Source: Naegleria gruberi
Taxonomy: Eukaryota
Assembly: GCA_000004985.1 (NCBI GenBank)
Contig: GG738907.1
Length of the DNA: 64,000 bases
Strand: one strand, 5' to 3'
Position numbers and translations under genes: made by a program. This document shows, in pieces, positions 30,740 to 42,345 of the stretch. Each line of letters opens with the position of its first letter. Position 1 is the stretch's first letter. The notes under the pieces are model-generated. The model ran no database searches and was not told where the DNA came from. It saw nothing but the letters and a program-made list of their open reading frames with translations.

Positions 30740-32743
30740 TTATTCAATATAGTCATCAATAAAATCAGAGGCAACATATTCAATTGGTTGTTTTGATGAT
30801 GATTGAGGCATTGATAAAGTATTAGGACTAGTAATATTATTATTATTAGATGATGTACTTGTTGTTAAAGGTTGTAATGAATTAAATGAATCATTCATAA
30901 TAGAATTATTAGTAGGAGTAGTAGAGAATGGAGTGGATGGAGTACTATTTGAATTATTTGATGATAATTGTTGTTTCAATTTTGATATTTCATTTCTCAT
31001 ATCTTCCTTTTCAAATTGTAATTTAATAATCATTGTTCTTAATTCATCTACATTTGAAGGTAAATCAAAATAATTTGAATAATTTCTATTAAATGATTTA
31101 AATTCATCATCATCATCATTATATTGATTTTGAAACATTTCCTCTTCTTCTTCATTATAAAAACCATCTCGATGTGATATTTTATCATAATACAAATCTG
31201 GATCATTATATTCATCTGGATATGGATATATTTTAGGTATAATATCTTGTGGTGTATTTTCACCATGTAATAATCTATCGATACTATATTTGTTAGGTAA
31301 TTTTTTAATTGGTTCCATCATGTACCATTTTCTATTGGGTCTAATTCTATATAGAGTATTAAATACTTCAACTTCTTCATCATTATCATTACTTTCTAAT
31401 ATAGCAGCATTTGTAGTATTATTATTATTATTAGAAGTATTAGTAGAAGTAGTAGTAGCAGAAGTAAATGTCTTTCTTCTTAATTCTTTATAGGCTTGTT
31501 GAATGTATGGATTACATGTATCTTTTAATTGTTTGAGTGGAAGTGATGAATCTCTATTAGATGATCCATCTAATATACCTAAATTAAGTGCAGCAGCACT
31601 ATTAAACATTCTTCTAGTTGGTAGTATGGTTTGTTTTCTTGAATATTCAGGTTCAACATTTTCATTAGATAATGAAATGGTATTTCTTGTATTTTGTTGA
31701 CTACTATTACTACTACTACCACTACTATTACTACTATTATTATTATTACTATTATTAATAGATTGACTTGTTAATGGACCAATATTACCAGTAATATCAT
31801 ATAATTGAGCAGTATTTGATAAATTATTACCAATAGAACCAACAGTAGTAACACTATTTAATAGAGATGGTGAATTGAAATCTAAATGATGATCTAATTG
31901 TTGATCGAGTAAATTTCTTGGATCATCCATAAATAATTCTCTAAAAGCATCAATATCATGATTTAACATTTTACAAATGGTATCATCAATTTGTATAATT
32001 TTTTGTACTTGTTCTTCATATTCAATTAGAGATTCAGATTCTTTCTGATAAATTTGTTCTAATTTTTCTGATTGTTTTGAATATTCATCTTTATAATTTT
32101 TATAATATTGTAATTTAACTTCTAATTCTAATTCACATGTAATTAAACGATCAGATATTTCTTTTAATTTTTCAGAATTAACATGTTTTTGTAATAAATT
32201 TTTAGATAATATCATATCATTAGATTTAATTAATTTAACATGTTCAATTCTCTTATTTTCAATTTTTAATTTTGATTTACCAAATAATTTTTCATTTTTT
32301 AATTCTAATTGTTCAATATTTAATGTTGTTTCTGCTTCCATTTCATCTCTTTGTAATTGTGAATTAAAACTAAATGTTAATTTAACTTGTTGTGTTTTAA
32401 TAAATGTATTCATTATAAATGTATATTTACCAATACTATTAGATGTAATTGAACTTAATTTTAATAATTGATTAGAAGGTGAACTTGATTCAACATTTGA
32501 ATCATTTTTATCTTTAATTTGACTAAATGCTAAATATATAGCAAATGATTCTCTAGCAATTCTATTACGTTCTTCTTCTTCTATAGAAGAATTAGATGAA
32601 TCTAATTGAGAGGATGATGAATCATTTAATGATGATGATGATGAATTATTATTATTACCAAATATATTACTACTACTACTATTATTGGATGAATTATTTG
32701 AATTATTTGAATTAGATAGATGAATTATTAATAGATGGTACAA
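30740..32743 (-). CDS. RhoGEF (Dbl-homology) protein, C-terminal segment (coiled-coil and low complexity)
   Basis: 667-codon ORF. The ORF-track start is a TTG. It overlaps the end of the DH-domain ORF by 32 nt in another frame. It contains a coiled-coil region and Ser/Asn tracts. Confidence 0.7.
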   Translation of the reverse strand: MYHLLIIHLSNSNNSNNSSNNSSSSNIFGNNNNSSSSSLNDSSSSQLDSSNSSIEEEERNRIARESFAIYLAFSQIKDKNDSNVESSSPSNQLLKLSSITSNSIGKYTFIMNTFIKTQQVKLTFSFNSQLQRDEMEAETTLNIEQLELKNEKLFGKSKLKIENKRIEHVKLIKSNDMILSKNLLQKHVNSEKLKEISDRLITCELELEVKLQYYKNYKDEYSKQSEKLEQIYQKESESLIEYEEQVQKIIQIDDTICKMLNHDIDAFRELFMDDPRNLLDQQLDHHLDFNSPSLLNSVTTVGSIGNNLSNTAQLYDITGNIGPLTSQSINNSNNNNSSNSSGSSSNSSQQNTRNTISLSNENVEPEYSRKQTILPTRRMFNSAAALNLGILDGSSNRDSSLPLKQLKDTCNPYIQQAYKELRRKTFTSATTTSTNTSNNNNNTTNAAILESNDNDEEVEVFNTLYRIRPNRKWYMMEPIKKLPNKYSIDRLLHGENTPQDIIPKIYPYPDEYNDPDLYYDKISHRDGFYNEEEEEMFQNQYNDDDDEFKSFNRNYSNYFDLPSNVDELRTMIIKLQFEKEDMRNEISKLKQQLSSNNSNSTPSTPFSTTPTNNSIMNDSFNSLQPLTTSTSSNNNNITSPNTLSMPQSSSKQPIEYVASDFIDDYIE

Positions 32744-33971
32744 TTAATAACATGTCATTAAATAAATAAATATTATAAAAACCAAATAATCTCTTCTTTT
32801 CAATTTCTCTTGAAGATTCAACATGAATAGAATTGAAACAAGTTGTAAATTTTCTATGTGCTTGAAGTAAATTATTAAATCTTCCTTTCATTTTCTCTTG
32901 TAAATCAAAAACAATTTTATCATTTTCAGCAATTCTTTTAGATTCATTTAAATTTTCAGCAACTTGATTAACAATTAATAAAGCTTGTTCTAATAATTGA
33001 TAATCTATATGTGTTTCATCTGTTCTTCTTATTACTTCTTGTAATAACATTCTAATACGTGGTACTCTTTGAACTGGACATACTAAATAAGATAAAAAAG
33101 TTAAACCACAACATTCTGACATTTCATGTGTTTTTGTTAGAAATTGTGAAAATGATTTTGATGTTTTTTCTAATTTTTCAACCTTTTCAGCAACACTATC
33201 AAAATTATTAATATATTTAGAATACATTCTAAAAAAAGGAGCAAATGATTTAAATATATTACCAATTAAAATTGGATTTGTTGGCCATTTATCAATTTCT
33301 TTTTTTAAATCATTCATTAATAATTGACTTGCTTGCATTATATTAGGTAATTCACCAAATATATCATTTATATCTGAAAGTGATAAAGTTGGTTTCTTTT
33401 TAGTTTGTGCTTCATTTAGTAATGGATCCATAAATAATTGTTTACATGTTAATAATGAATTAAAATAAGTTTGTTCTGTTGTTAATATTTCTAATAAGGC
33501 TGCTTTTCTTAATCTTGCTTGTCTTACTTGTGGTGATTTACTTATATATTCTTTAAATTGCTTTTTATAGTAATATTTTAATAATTTTAATGATATTAAT
33601 TCTTTAATTTCATTATTTATATTTATATTATTATTATTATTAGAAATATTATTATTTATAATATTATTATTTGTAATATTATTATTTATAGATGAATTAA
33701 TTGATAATTTAGGTGATATTATAGTAGTACTTGTATTATTAAAAGAAGGAGGAGGTAAATCAAGTGAAGGTAAATCCATAGAAGGAAGTGCAGTTAATGA
33801 ATTTAAACGATTAGATGATGATGAGGATGATGTTGTTGTTGCTTTTATAAATGAATTAGTACGATCATGTAAAATAATATCATCCTCATCTGAATCTATA
33901 TCTTCATCATCTTCATATTGACTTGTATCTCCACCATTATAATTATAACTATTACTATCATCAAATGTTGT
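32712..33971 (-). CDS. RhoGEF (Dbl-homology) protein, DH-domain segment
   Basis: DH domain: RQARLRKAALLEILTTEQTYFNSLL...IFGELPNIMQASQLLMNDL...FAPFFRMYSKYINNFD...GLTFLSYLVCPVQRVPRIRMLLQEVIRRT. It is followed by PH-like KRLFGFYNIYLFNDMLLIV. The frame is open upstream to the gap edge at 33971. Confidence 0.75.
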   Translation of the reverse strand, partial: TTFDDSNSYNYNGGDTSQYEDDEDIDSDEDDIILHDRTNSFIKATTTSSSSSSNRLNSLTALPSMDLPSLDLPPPSFNNTSTTIISPKLSINSSINNNITNNNIINNNISNNNNNININNEIKELISLKLLKYYYKKQFKEYISKSPQVRQARLRKAALLEILTTEQTYFNSLLTCKQLFMDPLLNEAQTKKKPTLSLSDINDIFGELPNIMQASQLLMNDLKKEIDKWPTNPILIGNIFKSFAPFFRMYSKYINNFDSVAEKVEKLEKTSKSFSQFLTKTHEMSECCGLTFLSYLVCPVQRVPRIRMLLQEVIRRTDETHIDYQLLEQALLIVNQVAENLNESKRIAENDKIVFDLQEKMKGRFNNLLQAHRKFTTCFNSIHVESSREIEKKRLFGFYNIYLFNDMLLIVPSINNSSI

Positions 33972-34097
33972 NNNNNNNNNNNNNNNNNNNNNNNNNNNNN
34001 NNNNNNNNNNNNNNNNNNNNNNNNNNNNNNNNNNNNNNNNNNNNNNNNNNNNNNNNNNNNNNNNNNNNNNNNNNNNNNNNNNNNNNNNNNNNNNNNN
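33972..34097. other. assembly gap (N-run) inside RhoGEF coding sequence
   Basis: 126 N characters. Both flanks are coding, in frame-compatible low-complexity sequence. Confidence 0.95.
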
Positions 34098-34316
34098 GTT
34101 CGGAATTTAGAAAATAAAGTAGTAACAGATCGAGTCTTCTTTTTATGAAGTGAAGAAGAAGATGAAGGTGAAATTAATTGTTGTACATCATTGGGTAAAT
34201 CTGAATATTCTACTTTTTTAAAATAGGTAGATGGTATTTCAAATAATTGATTATTTGATATCTCATTCACTTGATATCCATTATTATTATTATTATTGAT
34301 ATTGATATTGATATTT
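34098..34316 (-). CDS. RhoGEF protein, N-terminal low-complexity segment (start of exon 2)
   Basis: After the acceptor ..tatatatag (34317-34318) the frame reads KNININ...GYQVNEISNNQLFEIPSTYFKKVEYSDLPNDVQQL... into the gap. The phase fits the proposed exon 1. Confidence 0.4.
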
Positions 34317-34496
34317 CTATATATAATGATGATGATGATTATTATGGAGATGACAATAATAATAATATTATTATTTAATAATGATGATGATGGTAATAAC
34401 ATTCATTACATTCATGAAAGATAATAATAATTATTATAATTTAAAGATAACACAAATTCATCTATTAAATAATAAATATAAATTTTAATAACATAC

Positions 34497-34603
34497 TTGA
34501 TTAAATGTATAAAAGTACCCTTTGTTTTATAAATATTATTCTTATTATCAATAAAATCACTTGTTAATTGACCAAATTGATCATTTTCATCAAGTGATGA
34601 CAT
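34497..34603 (-). CDS. RhoGEF protein, putative exon 1
   Basis: ATG at 34603 (MSSLDENDQFGQLTSDFIDNKNNIYKTKGTFIHLIK). A canonical GTATGT donor at 34496 gives a 180-nt AT-rich intron. Confidence 0.4.
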
Positions 34604-35250
34604 TTGTCAGTTGTTTTTTTATTAAATGTCAAAATGATATCAATGGTCATGTCTTCCTTCTCTCGATTTCATGGTCGCTTCGAATGACTTGAAAATTGAT
34701 CGAACGTCACTCTTTCATTTTAGAAAGTTTATTACTATTTTATATGGTCATTGATTTGGTCAACTATATTCTTAATTATCCCAATTAGAATCATGATTGT
34801 ACACTTTATAATTGAATATTTATCATTTAATATTATAATTAATTGAATATAATATTGAGAAAACATTTAATATTTATATATTTCAAAATTAAATTCAAAG
34901 TCATTTCAATTAAAGAAATTTGAGAATCTAATAAATACGATATCTCTCTCCATACATACAATTCGAGATACATTCCATTTATATATTTCAAAAGATCAAC
35001 AATAACAACACATAAAACAATAACAATACAACTAATTATAACTGAAAATAAGAAATTTAAACTACTACTATTATCACTTGAATACCAATTTAAAAAATCA
35101 AAGAAAAATACACTCAGTAATGAATTAATTACTACAACAACAATATCATCATCATCATTAAATAATTCATCATCATCAACTACTACTTTATCATCTAATA
35201 AATCACAATCAATTAATATAAATAATAGTGATAATAATAATGATAATAAT

Positions 35251-37065
35251 ATGATGATAATGGATTGGATAAATAAGAATGAAAATATTAATGATATTTA
35301 TTCACCCATTTCATCTCCTCTTTCTCCTCCTAAAATATTATTTTTATTAAATAATCAAAATAATCAAAATAATCAATTTAATAATAAATCATCTACATCA
35401 ACTTGTATTAATTTATTTAATAATATAAATAATAGTGATAATAATAATAATAATAATAATTCAAATAATAATAATATAATTGAATATTATAAAAAAATAA
35501 TTGATAAAATTGATCAATTTGATTTTGGAATATTAAATACTATATTATCATATTATTTATTAATAATTGATGATTGGTTTATTTGTAATTATTTATTTAA
35601 TAATAATAATAATTATATTAATTTATTTTATGGAAAGAAATTTAATTTTATTTTTCAATTATTTCCTTCTATTTATATTAATATTGAAAATAAATATTTT
35701 ATTAATTATTTAATTGATTTAAAACCAATTATAAATAATTGTGAATTTATTATTTTTAATAATTTAGATCAATTAAATAATTTTAATTTTAAAAAATTAA
35801 AAAGTTTTTCATATTTAAATAATTATAATATTAATAATTTAAATATTCAACATGTATTTGGTAATTCATTAAATACTTTACAAAATTTAACATTTACTTG
35901 TAATTTTAATAATATTAAAAAATTAAAATTAAATTGTAAAATGTTAGAAGATTTAGATTTTAATTCAATTAAAAATATAGAAATATTAACAATACATTTA
36001 AAATATCCAGTTATAGAAGAAAATAATTTAAATTTAATAAATTATTTAAAAAATCAAAAATGTAAAGAATTAAATTTAAATTTTAACATGACAAAATATT
36101 TAAAATATTTTAATGAATTTAATTTAATTCAAACATTATCAATACCATATTGTTTATTTAATGAAAAATTTAATTGGAAAATATTTAAATATTTAAATAA
36201 TTTAACTGTAAATTTTAATGAAAAAATTCAATTTGAAAATTTAATTTCTCAAATTGGAAATCAATTAAAAAAATTATATTTAATTTTAGATATAGATGAA
36301 TTTACAAATGATTCATTTATTAATTTTAATAAATTTTGTATTAATTTAGAAGAATTACAATTAAGTGAAATTAATTTGCATATTTCAAATGAAATTAAAA
36401 ATTCAAATTCAATTACTATATTTGGATGTGATACAATTATAGCAGATTTAATAATTTTAACAAATATTTTATCAATTAAAAATATTTATAGATTAGATTT
36501 AAAAATTAATTCAATTTATTCATTTTTAGAATTAAATTTAAATAATTTATATTTAGAAATTCAATATTTTTATAATTTAAATTCTAATTATCAATTAAAA
36601 AAATATAATAATATAAATAAAATACAAAAATTAGAATTAATTTATAAATATAATGAAAATATTAATGATTTAACATTTTTAACATTTACAAATATAGAAG
36701 AATTAATAATTAAATATGGAATATTAAATACATCTTTATTTAGTCAATTATTATCATGTAATAATATTAAAAAAATAACATTTTATAAAACTGATTTAAA
36801 TAATATTATTTTTAATAAGTTAATTAAATTTAAATTTATTAATTTTATTCAATGTAATTTAAATTTAAATTTTTTAAAAACATTTAAAGAATATTATGAT
36901 AATATTAAATTAAATAATGATATAATATTAGATGGATATTCATTATATTTAACAAATACATTAAATATAAATATTAAACAAAATAATTTAATTGATTTAT
37001 TTAATGAAATTAATTATAAACATGAATATTTAAATAATAATAATAATAATTGTATATTACAATAA
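35251..37065 (+). CDS. Asn/Ile/Leu/Lys-rich leucine-rich-repeat-like protein (hypothetical)
   Basis: Continuous 604-codon ORF with LxxLxLxxN-type periodicity (LNLNFNMTKYLKYFNEFNLIQTLSIPYC..., LEELQLSEINLHISNEIKNSNSITIFGC). It has no other domain signature. Confidence 0.5.
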   Translation: MMIMDWINKNENINDIYSPISSPLSPPKILFLLNNQNNQNNQFNNKSSTSTCINLFNNINNSDNNNNNNNSNNNNIIEYYKKIIDKIDQFDFGILNTILSYYLLIIDDWFICNYLFNNNNNYINLFYGKKFNFIFQLFPSIYINIENKYFINYLIDLKPIINNCEFIIFNNLDQLNNFNFKKLKSFSYLNNYNINNLNIQHVFGNSLNTLQNLTFTCNFNNIKKLKLNCKMLEDLDFNSIKNIEILTIHLKYPVIEENNLNLINYLKNQKCKELNLNFNMTKYLKYFNEFNLIQTLSIPYCLFNEKFNWKIFKYLNNLTVNFNEKIQFENLISQIGNQLKKLYLILDIDEFTNDSFINFNKFCINLEELQLSEINLHISNEIKNSNSITIFGCDTIIADLIILTNILSIKNIYRLDLKINSIYSFLELNLNNLYLEIQYFYNLNSNYQLKKYNNINKIQKLELIYKYNENINDLTFLTFTNIEELIIKYGILNTSLFSQLLSCNNIKKITFYKTDLNNIIFNKLIKFKFINFIQCNLNLNFLKTFKEYYDNIKLNNDIILDGYSLYLTNTLNINIKQNNLIDLFNEINYKHEYLNNNNNNCILQ

Positions 37066-37523
37066 AATTATGTTTTATTGCATTTTTTTTGGAATTATTC
37101 AATTAGAAGTGTTTTACAATAAAAATATTAGATGTGATAATGTTTCGATCGTGTGACCAGACTCTCTCTTCATAATCTTGGATAAGTTGACAATCACTGA
37201 TTTCCCAATTCTTCTTTGATTCTACTGGTAGGCACATTTCTAATCATATATTCACAAAGAAAATGGGATGTAATATTGAACTTGTTGCAATTGAACAAAA
37301 TCCACCTTCTCTTTTCACTTGAGACTCAAATTAAATTTGGAGAAATTGTCGTAAAAGATTTGAATTTCTTACCAAAGAGCCTTTTTTTTGGAAAGGGTGA
37401 TGGTGTTGTGGGTGTCTTGTGTTGCCTTAGCAGTTAAAAAAGTGCAAACTAGCTTTTTTGTTAACTATTTTTATTACAAATATGTGAAAATTGTTTGTTA
37501 GTGAGAGGTGATCAGGATTAAAT

Positions 37524-38036
37524 TTAGAGAGCGAAAACACCCAAAACAACAGCCAAAGCAAACATAGCCAAAGCACTGACTTGATTGATAACACCAGAAT
37601 TGTAACAGTTAGTTGTTGGATAAGTGGAACAATCAGGTTGTTTGGTACCAAGTTTAGCATAATCGGAAGCACATTCAGTATTCAACTTTTCACAGAAGGA
37701 CTTGCAGACATTGATTCCATAGTTTGAAGTACTGATGAATTGTTGATTGCTTGGTGAACATTCAGCACATATTTGTTGCTTGTAATATTGACGACATGAA
37801 GATGAAACACCAAGATTAGAATAAACAGTGTCAGAATTTTTCTTACTTGTAACTTGACCAGCAGAACAACATGAGGAAGTCTTGAGAGAAGTTCCACAGA
37901 AATCATCACAATCAGTACAAGCAGTTGCATTGTATGAAATGTTTCTATTCAAACATGTTTGAGCAGAAACAACAGTGTTGAAGAATGTGACCAAGAGGAG
38001 AGTGCAAGCAATGACACATAAGAATTTGACGGACAT
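37524..38036 (-). CDS. small secreted Cys-rich protein with an N-terminal signal peptide and a C-terminal hydrophobic (GPI-anchor-like) tail; a weak resemblance to ponticulin-like proteins is uncertain
   Basis: ATG at 38036 in aaaaaaaaacaaatcaaaATG context; the upstream M of the ORF track is a TTG. Signal peptide MSVKFLCVIACTLLLVTFFNTVVSA. About 20 Cys in 170 aa. C-terminal ALAMFALAVVLGVFAL. Confidence 0.55.
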   Translation of the reverse strand: MSVKFLCVIACTLLLVTFFNTVVSAQTCLNRNISYNATACTDCDDFCGTSLKTSSCCSAGQVTSKKNSDTVYSNLGVSSSCRQYYKQQICAECSPSNQQFISTSNYGINVCKSFCEKLNTECASDYAKLGTKQPDCSTYPTTNCYNSGVINQVSALAMFALAVVLGVFAL

Positions 38037-38486
38037 TTTGATTTGTTTTTTTTTCAATTCCTCAACAAGATGTTTTACCCTTAATAAATTTAAGGCAAAT
38101 CATCCAACCCAACCAGTTGATTATTACAATTTGTTTTGTTGTGGGATTTCTTGTGCGAACATTTCTGCTCCGATTTCTAACAAATTTAATCAAAGCCTTT
38201 ATTATTGTGTGATGTGATGATGGATACAAACAATATTCAACAAGTATACCAAATATCACAATATTCATATCGATTTGACTAAAATTGAACGAGTATTTAC
38301 TCTGTAAATATGATGACATTCTGTTTTCCACTTTTTTAAACTACCACTACGACCACATCCTTTACGACTATTCTTTGAACGTGTCATCAAAGATCTCTTT
38401 TTTTTGTATTATTAATAATTGACATGAAGTATGAAGGCTTCATGTTGAAATGGAATGTTATCAAATAAATATTTATTATTATAATT

Positions 38487-38651
38487 TTATTGTCTTAATT
38501 GAACACCAATTTTCAGATTTGTTGGTTTACTTGTGAGTGAAGTTTCAATTCCGATCGGATCCTTAATTTCATCATTCAATAATATAAAATTACATTTTTG
38601 TAATAATCTAATAATAACTGATGTAATTTCCATTTGTGCAAATTTATATCC
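38487..38651 (-). CDS. cytochrome P450, exon 3 (C-terminal)
   Basis: After a 66-nt intron it encodes GYKFAQMEITSVIIRLLQKCNFILLNDEIKDPIGIETSLTSKPTNLKIGVQLRQ*, completing the FxxGxRxCxG-A-E-L motif. The summed exon length is an exact multiple of 3. Confidence 0.75.
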   Translation of the reverse strand, partial: GYKFAQMEITSVIIRLLQKCNFILLNDEIKDPIGIETSLTSKPTNLKIGVQLRQ

Positions 38652-38717
38652 CTTTTTTTAATAATTTGAATTTTGATATAAATACATTACAATAATATTT
38701 AAAAATATTAAACTTAC

Positions 38718-39123
38718 AATACATCTTCTATTTCCAGAACTAAATGGAATCCATTGATGATTATTTTGTACAAATTCCTTTTCTTGTTGTGTTTTAAATC
38801 TGTTAGGATTAAATTCTTGTGGATTTTCCCACAATTTTTCATCTCTATTAACATCAATTAAATTAATATTAATTTGAGTTCCTTTTGGAATTTCATATTC
38901 ACCAATGATGGTATTTTTTTTAGCAACTATTTTATCAACTTCAAACACAGGTGGATGAATACGTAAACATTCCATGACAACACTTGTAATATATTCAAAT
39001 TTATCAAAATCATTATATGTAAATTCATTATTTCCTAATAGGGTATCAATTTCATGTTGACATTCTTTTTGAATATTTACATGTTTAGAAAGTTCATACA
39101 TTAACCATTGAAGTGATGTTGAA
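38718..39123 (-). CDS. cytochrome P450, exon 2
   Basis: Acceptor ..tatcaag after a 106-nt intron. The exon continues the I-helix (AGYDT)SSTSLQWLMYEL, the ExxR region (ECLRIHPP) and the heme-binding loop PFSSGNRRCI. Donor ATT|GTAAGT. Confidence 0.8.
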
Positions 39124-39229
39124 CTTGATAAAAATAATTTAAAAATATATTAAATAAATTAAATATAGTATTAAATATATTATTGTAAAGTATTAATAAA
39201 TATATTAAATTTGTAAATATAAAACATAC

Positions 39230-40365
39230 CTTGTATCATAACCAGCCAATGAAAACACAAGTGCATTACTCTTCAATTCACCTCTAGTTAAAACTGAATC
39301 TTGTAAATTAGCTCTAACAAGTAAACTTAATAAATCTTTTCTTTCATCCCAATCAATTTCATTACTATTAAATGTACTAACACTATTAGAATCATTATTA
39401 GAATTAATATTATTAGAATTATTATTAGATGATTGTTTAATTTCATTAATTCTTTCATCAATCATATTATCAATTGATTGACCAATATAATCCAATGCTT
39501 TACCAACACTTGTTAAATTAAGTAATAATTTATAGAGAAGAGGATATTCATCTTGTTGAACAAATCTTCTTAATACTAATGCTCTTCTCCAAACAATTTC
39601 CATATTTGAAACAAATTCATTTCCCTTATTCATTTCATTGGTATAAAGTTGATTCTTTTTTGAATCAGAATCTAAAAATGTTGGTACTGTTTTCATACCA
39701 AATCCACCTGCTAATAATACTGTCATGGTTAATTCAGAGAAATCTTCAATATTAATTTGAACTAGCTGTTGATTATTACCATTTTTAGAAATATTACTAT
39801 TAATAGAAATAGTATTATTATTTAACAATTTAATCCATCTTTCAATTAACATATCACTTGCTTGATTTGAAATTTGACAAACCAATTCTAAATTTTTAGC
39901 AGAAAAAGCAGGTGAAACAATTCGATGATGTTTCTTCCAAATTTCATGATTTGGAGCTGATAATAAATTTTCACCATAAATTCTAAAAGCCTGATAAACA
40001 TAATTAGGTTTATCAAAAGTATTAGCTTTTGTAATATTAACTTGTTTAATTAAATCTCTATCCAATAACCAAATCATATTTTGATTACACATTGATAATC
40101 TAAAGATTTTACCTTCACCTCCAAATTGGAAAGATAATTCTCTAACTTTATCAGCTGTTGTAAAATTACAATAATTTGCAATGAGTGGAATGTGAAATGG
40201 TGTATAAATTATTTGCCAATAACCTGGTATATGTTTTACTAATTTTACATTTTTATAAACTCTATATAATATATTAAATATATAAAATATTAAAATGACA
40301 AGTATGGCAATTAAAAGTGTATTGATAATACTGTATGGCAGTGTTGTTGTTGTTGTAGCTGACAT
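39230..40365 (-). CDS. cytochrome P450, exon 1
   Basis: ATG at 40365 in aaaaaaaATG context. N-terminal membrane anchor, then the P450 fold through the I-helix AGYDT. Donor AG|GTATGT at 39229. Confidence 0.85.
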
Positions 40366-41514
40366 TTTTTTTTAATGGATGATGAACCTGCTTGCTAATG
40401 ATTGATGCACTTCATTGTGATCACAATAATAATGAGAATTGTTTTTCATTTTGTAATGAGATGAGTTGTTTGTGAATTGGTCTCTTCATTAAATTGCACA
40501 AATGGAGAATTTACCACTATTGATTGTATGACTATTTGGGAGTAAAAATCATTTTACAAATATTTCAATTATTTTACTGTAAATTGTAGTCAATACAATG
40601 GAATGAACAAATAAATTTGTTTTATTAAGGTGTTTTGGAAAATCCCTTCAATTTTTTCTCAAGAATCGAATGAGTTTCTATCCGAAAGTGTGTTAATTTT
40701 TAATGTCTACCGATTGGAATCTATCAAACACAACTATTAATATTCTATCATACCATTCAACTAATTCAAAGAATAAATGAATTGATTACTTACAGTAGAA
40801 TTGAATGAAGAAACTCTATTAGAATGTTGATCATCATGTTTTTTTGAATCTTTATAATCCAATGGCTATGGACTTTCAATAATTGAGAATCTCAAGCAGT
40901 GGAGAATCATAAGAGTAGTAGAAGTGGAGAGTGAAACAACTCGGCAAACAACTTAATATATCCAAAAATGGAAATTAAGATGGCTACCTATGATTGTGGT
41001 TAGAGGACAAATAGGGATAATGGAATAGGTTTGGAGAATCCTTAAACTTGTTATCCTGATCATAATTTGAGTTATGTACCAAAAGAGAAGATACCTAGGT
41101 ATTAACACAATATAGAACCTAACTCCTTGAGACAAAAAAGGAATTTAAATTGATTCGTGCGAGTGAAAACAGTTCATTGATTCTGAAATAAGCTCAAATG
41201 TGCTGTTCGCATGTTTAAAGTGGGGTTCCTTCAATAATTCCATCCAGTTATTAGGAGTAGCACTCGGGCTTAACTCTATTCGAAATTAATAAGAACATCA
41301 ACCAGAAGGTAAAGAAGAATTTTGTTTTATTATCAAGTTGAGTTCAACCTCATAAAGAATAATAGTAAAGTTTTTAAAGAGTGAAATGACCTTCAAAATA
41401 GCAGGTTCTCTTTGTTTCTCTCTTTCATAATTTTAAATCAGATGCAAATTAGCATGAAGTTTGACTTTGCAATGTAATAAAGGTAATAAATTGCTAGTGC
41501 GCAGTTTCATTGGC

Positions 41515-41636
41515 CATGTGAATAAGAACTCTATCTTGCAATTCAAATTCCTCCAATTCAAAGAATGAAAATGTATTAAATATACTCAATAGAAATGAAA
41601 GAAGAAACTCAATAATGGTGTCTATCATTTTTTTTA
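41515..41636. repeat. direct repeat copy 1 (about 120 bp)
   Basis: About 85% identical to 42228..42345 (catgtgaataagaactctatcttgcaattcaaattcctccaattcaaagaatgaaaatgtattaaatatactcaatagaaatgaaagaagaaactcaataatggtg...). Confidence 0.7.
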
Positions 41637-42227
41637 CTAATCTGTGAAAATTTTAGTTTATCCTCGATGTTGTTTAGTTGGTAATTGGAACAATTCCAAA
41701 TGGCAACAATAATTTTGTGGAGTGCTGCAAGCACATGCAATTTACCATTTGCTTCGCTCTTTACTTCCAAATTGTTGTGCTACTTCGATTTATGAGCATA
41801 TTCGAATCATATCACATTAGAAAGAATCATGTATAAATGAATTTGGACATTGGCTCCAAATAGTTGAATGGGTAAGGTGGTTTGGTTGAATGATCATTGT
41901 TAAAATCGGTTGTTGGTTGCAGTTATTGTATTGTGAATGAAACTAACCGAAACATTCTCTGTGTTTCTCCAACATGCGCATTTGAGATTATTTCAACATT
42001 ATAATGATTCATGAGAATAAGAGTATTTATTTTCGACAGTACTTGATTTTCTTTTGAAATCTTAATGGTGAATAGTGTTCATTGTTTTTGGAAGAGAAAA
42101 AGACCTACAACGCTGGAGGTTCTCAAAGAAACTTTGCTTTCTCTTCTTCAATTATACAACTATTCGAAATCAGTTTTAACATGGTTTTAATAACTCATCA
42201 GTTCAAGAGAATCTATTCGTCTAATCA

Positions 42228-42345
42228 TATGAATGAGAATCCTATCTTGCATTTCAAATTCCTCCAATTCAAAGAATGAGAATGTGCTAAATATACTCAA
42301 TAGAATTGTCAGAAGAAACTGTTTAATGGTGTTTAACATTTTTGT
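42228..42345. repeat. direct repeat copy 2 (about 120 bp)
   Basis: catatgaatgagaatcctatcttgcatttcaaattcctccaattcaaagaatgagaatgtgctaaatatactcaatagaattgtcagaagaaactgtttaatggtg... It has the same orientation as copy 1 and lies 713 bp downstream. Confidence 0.7.
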
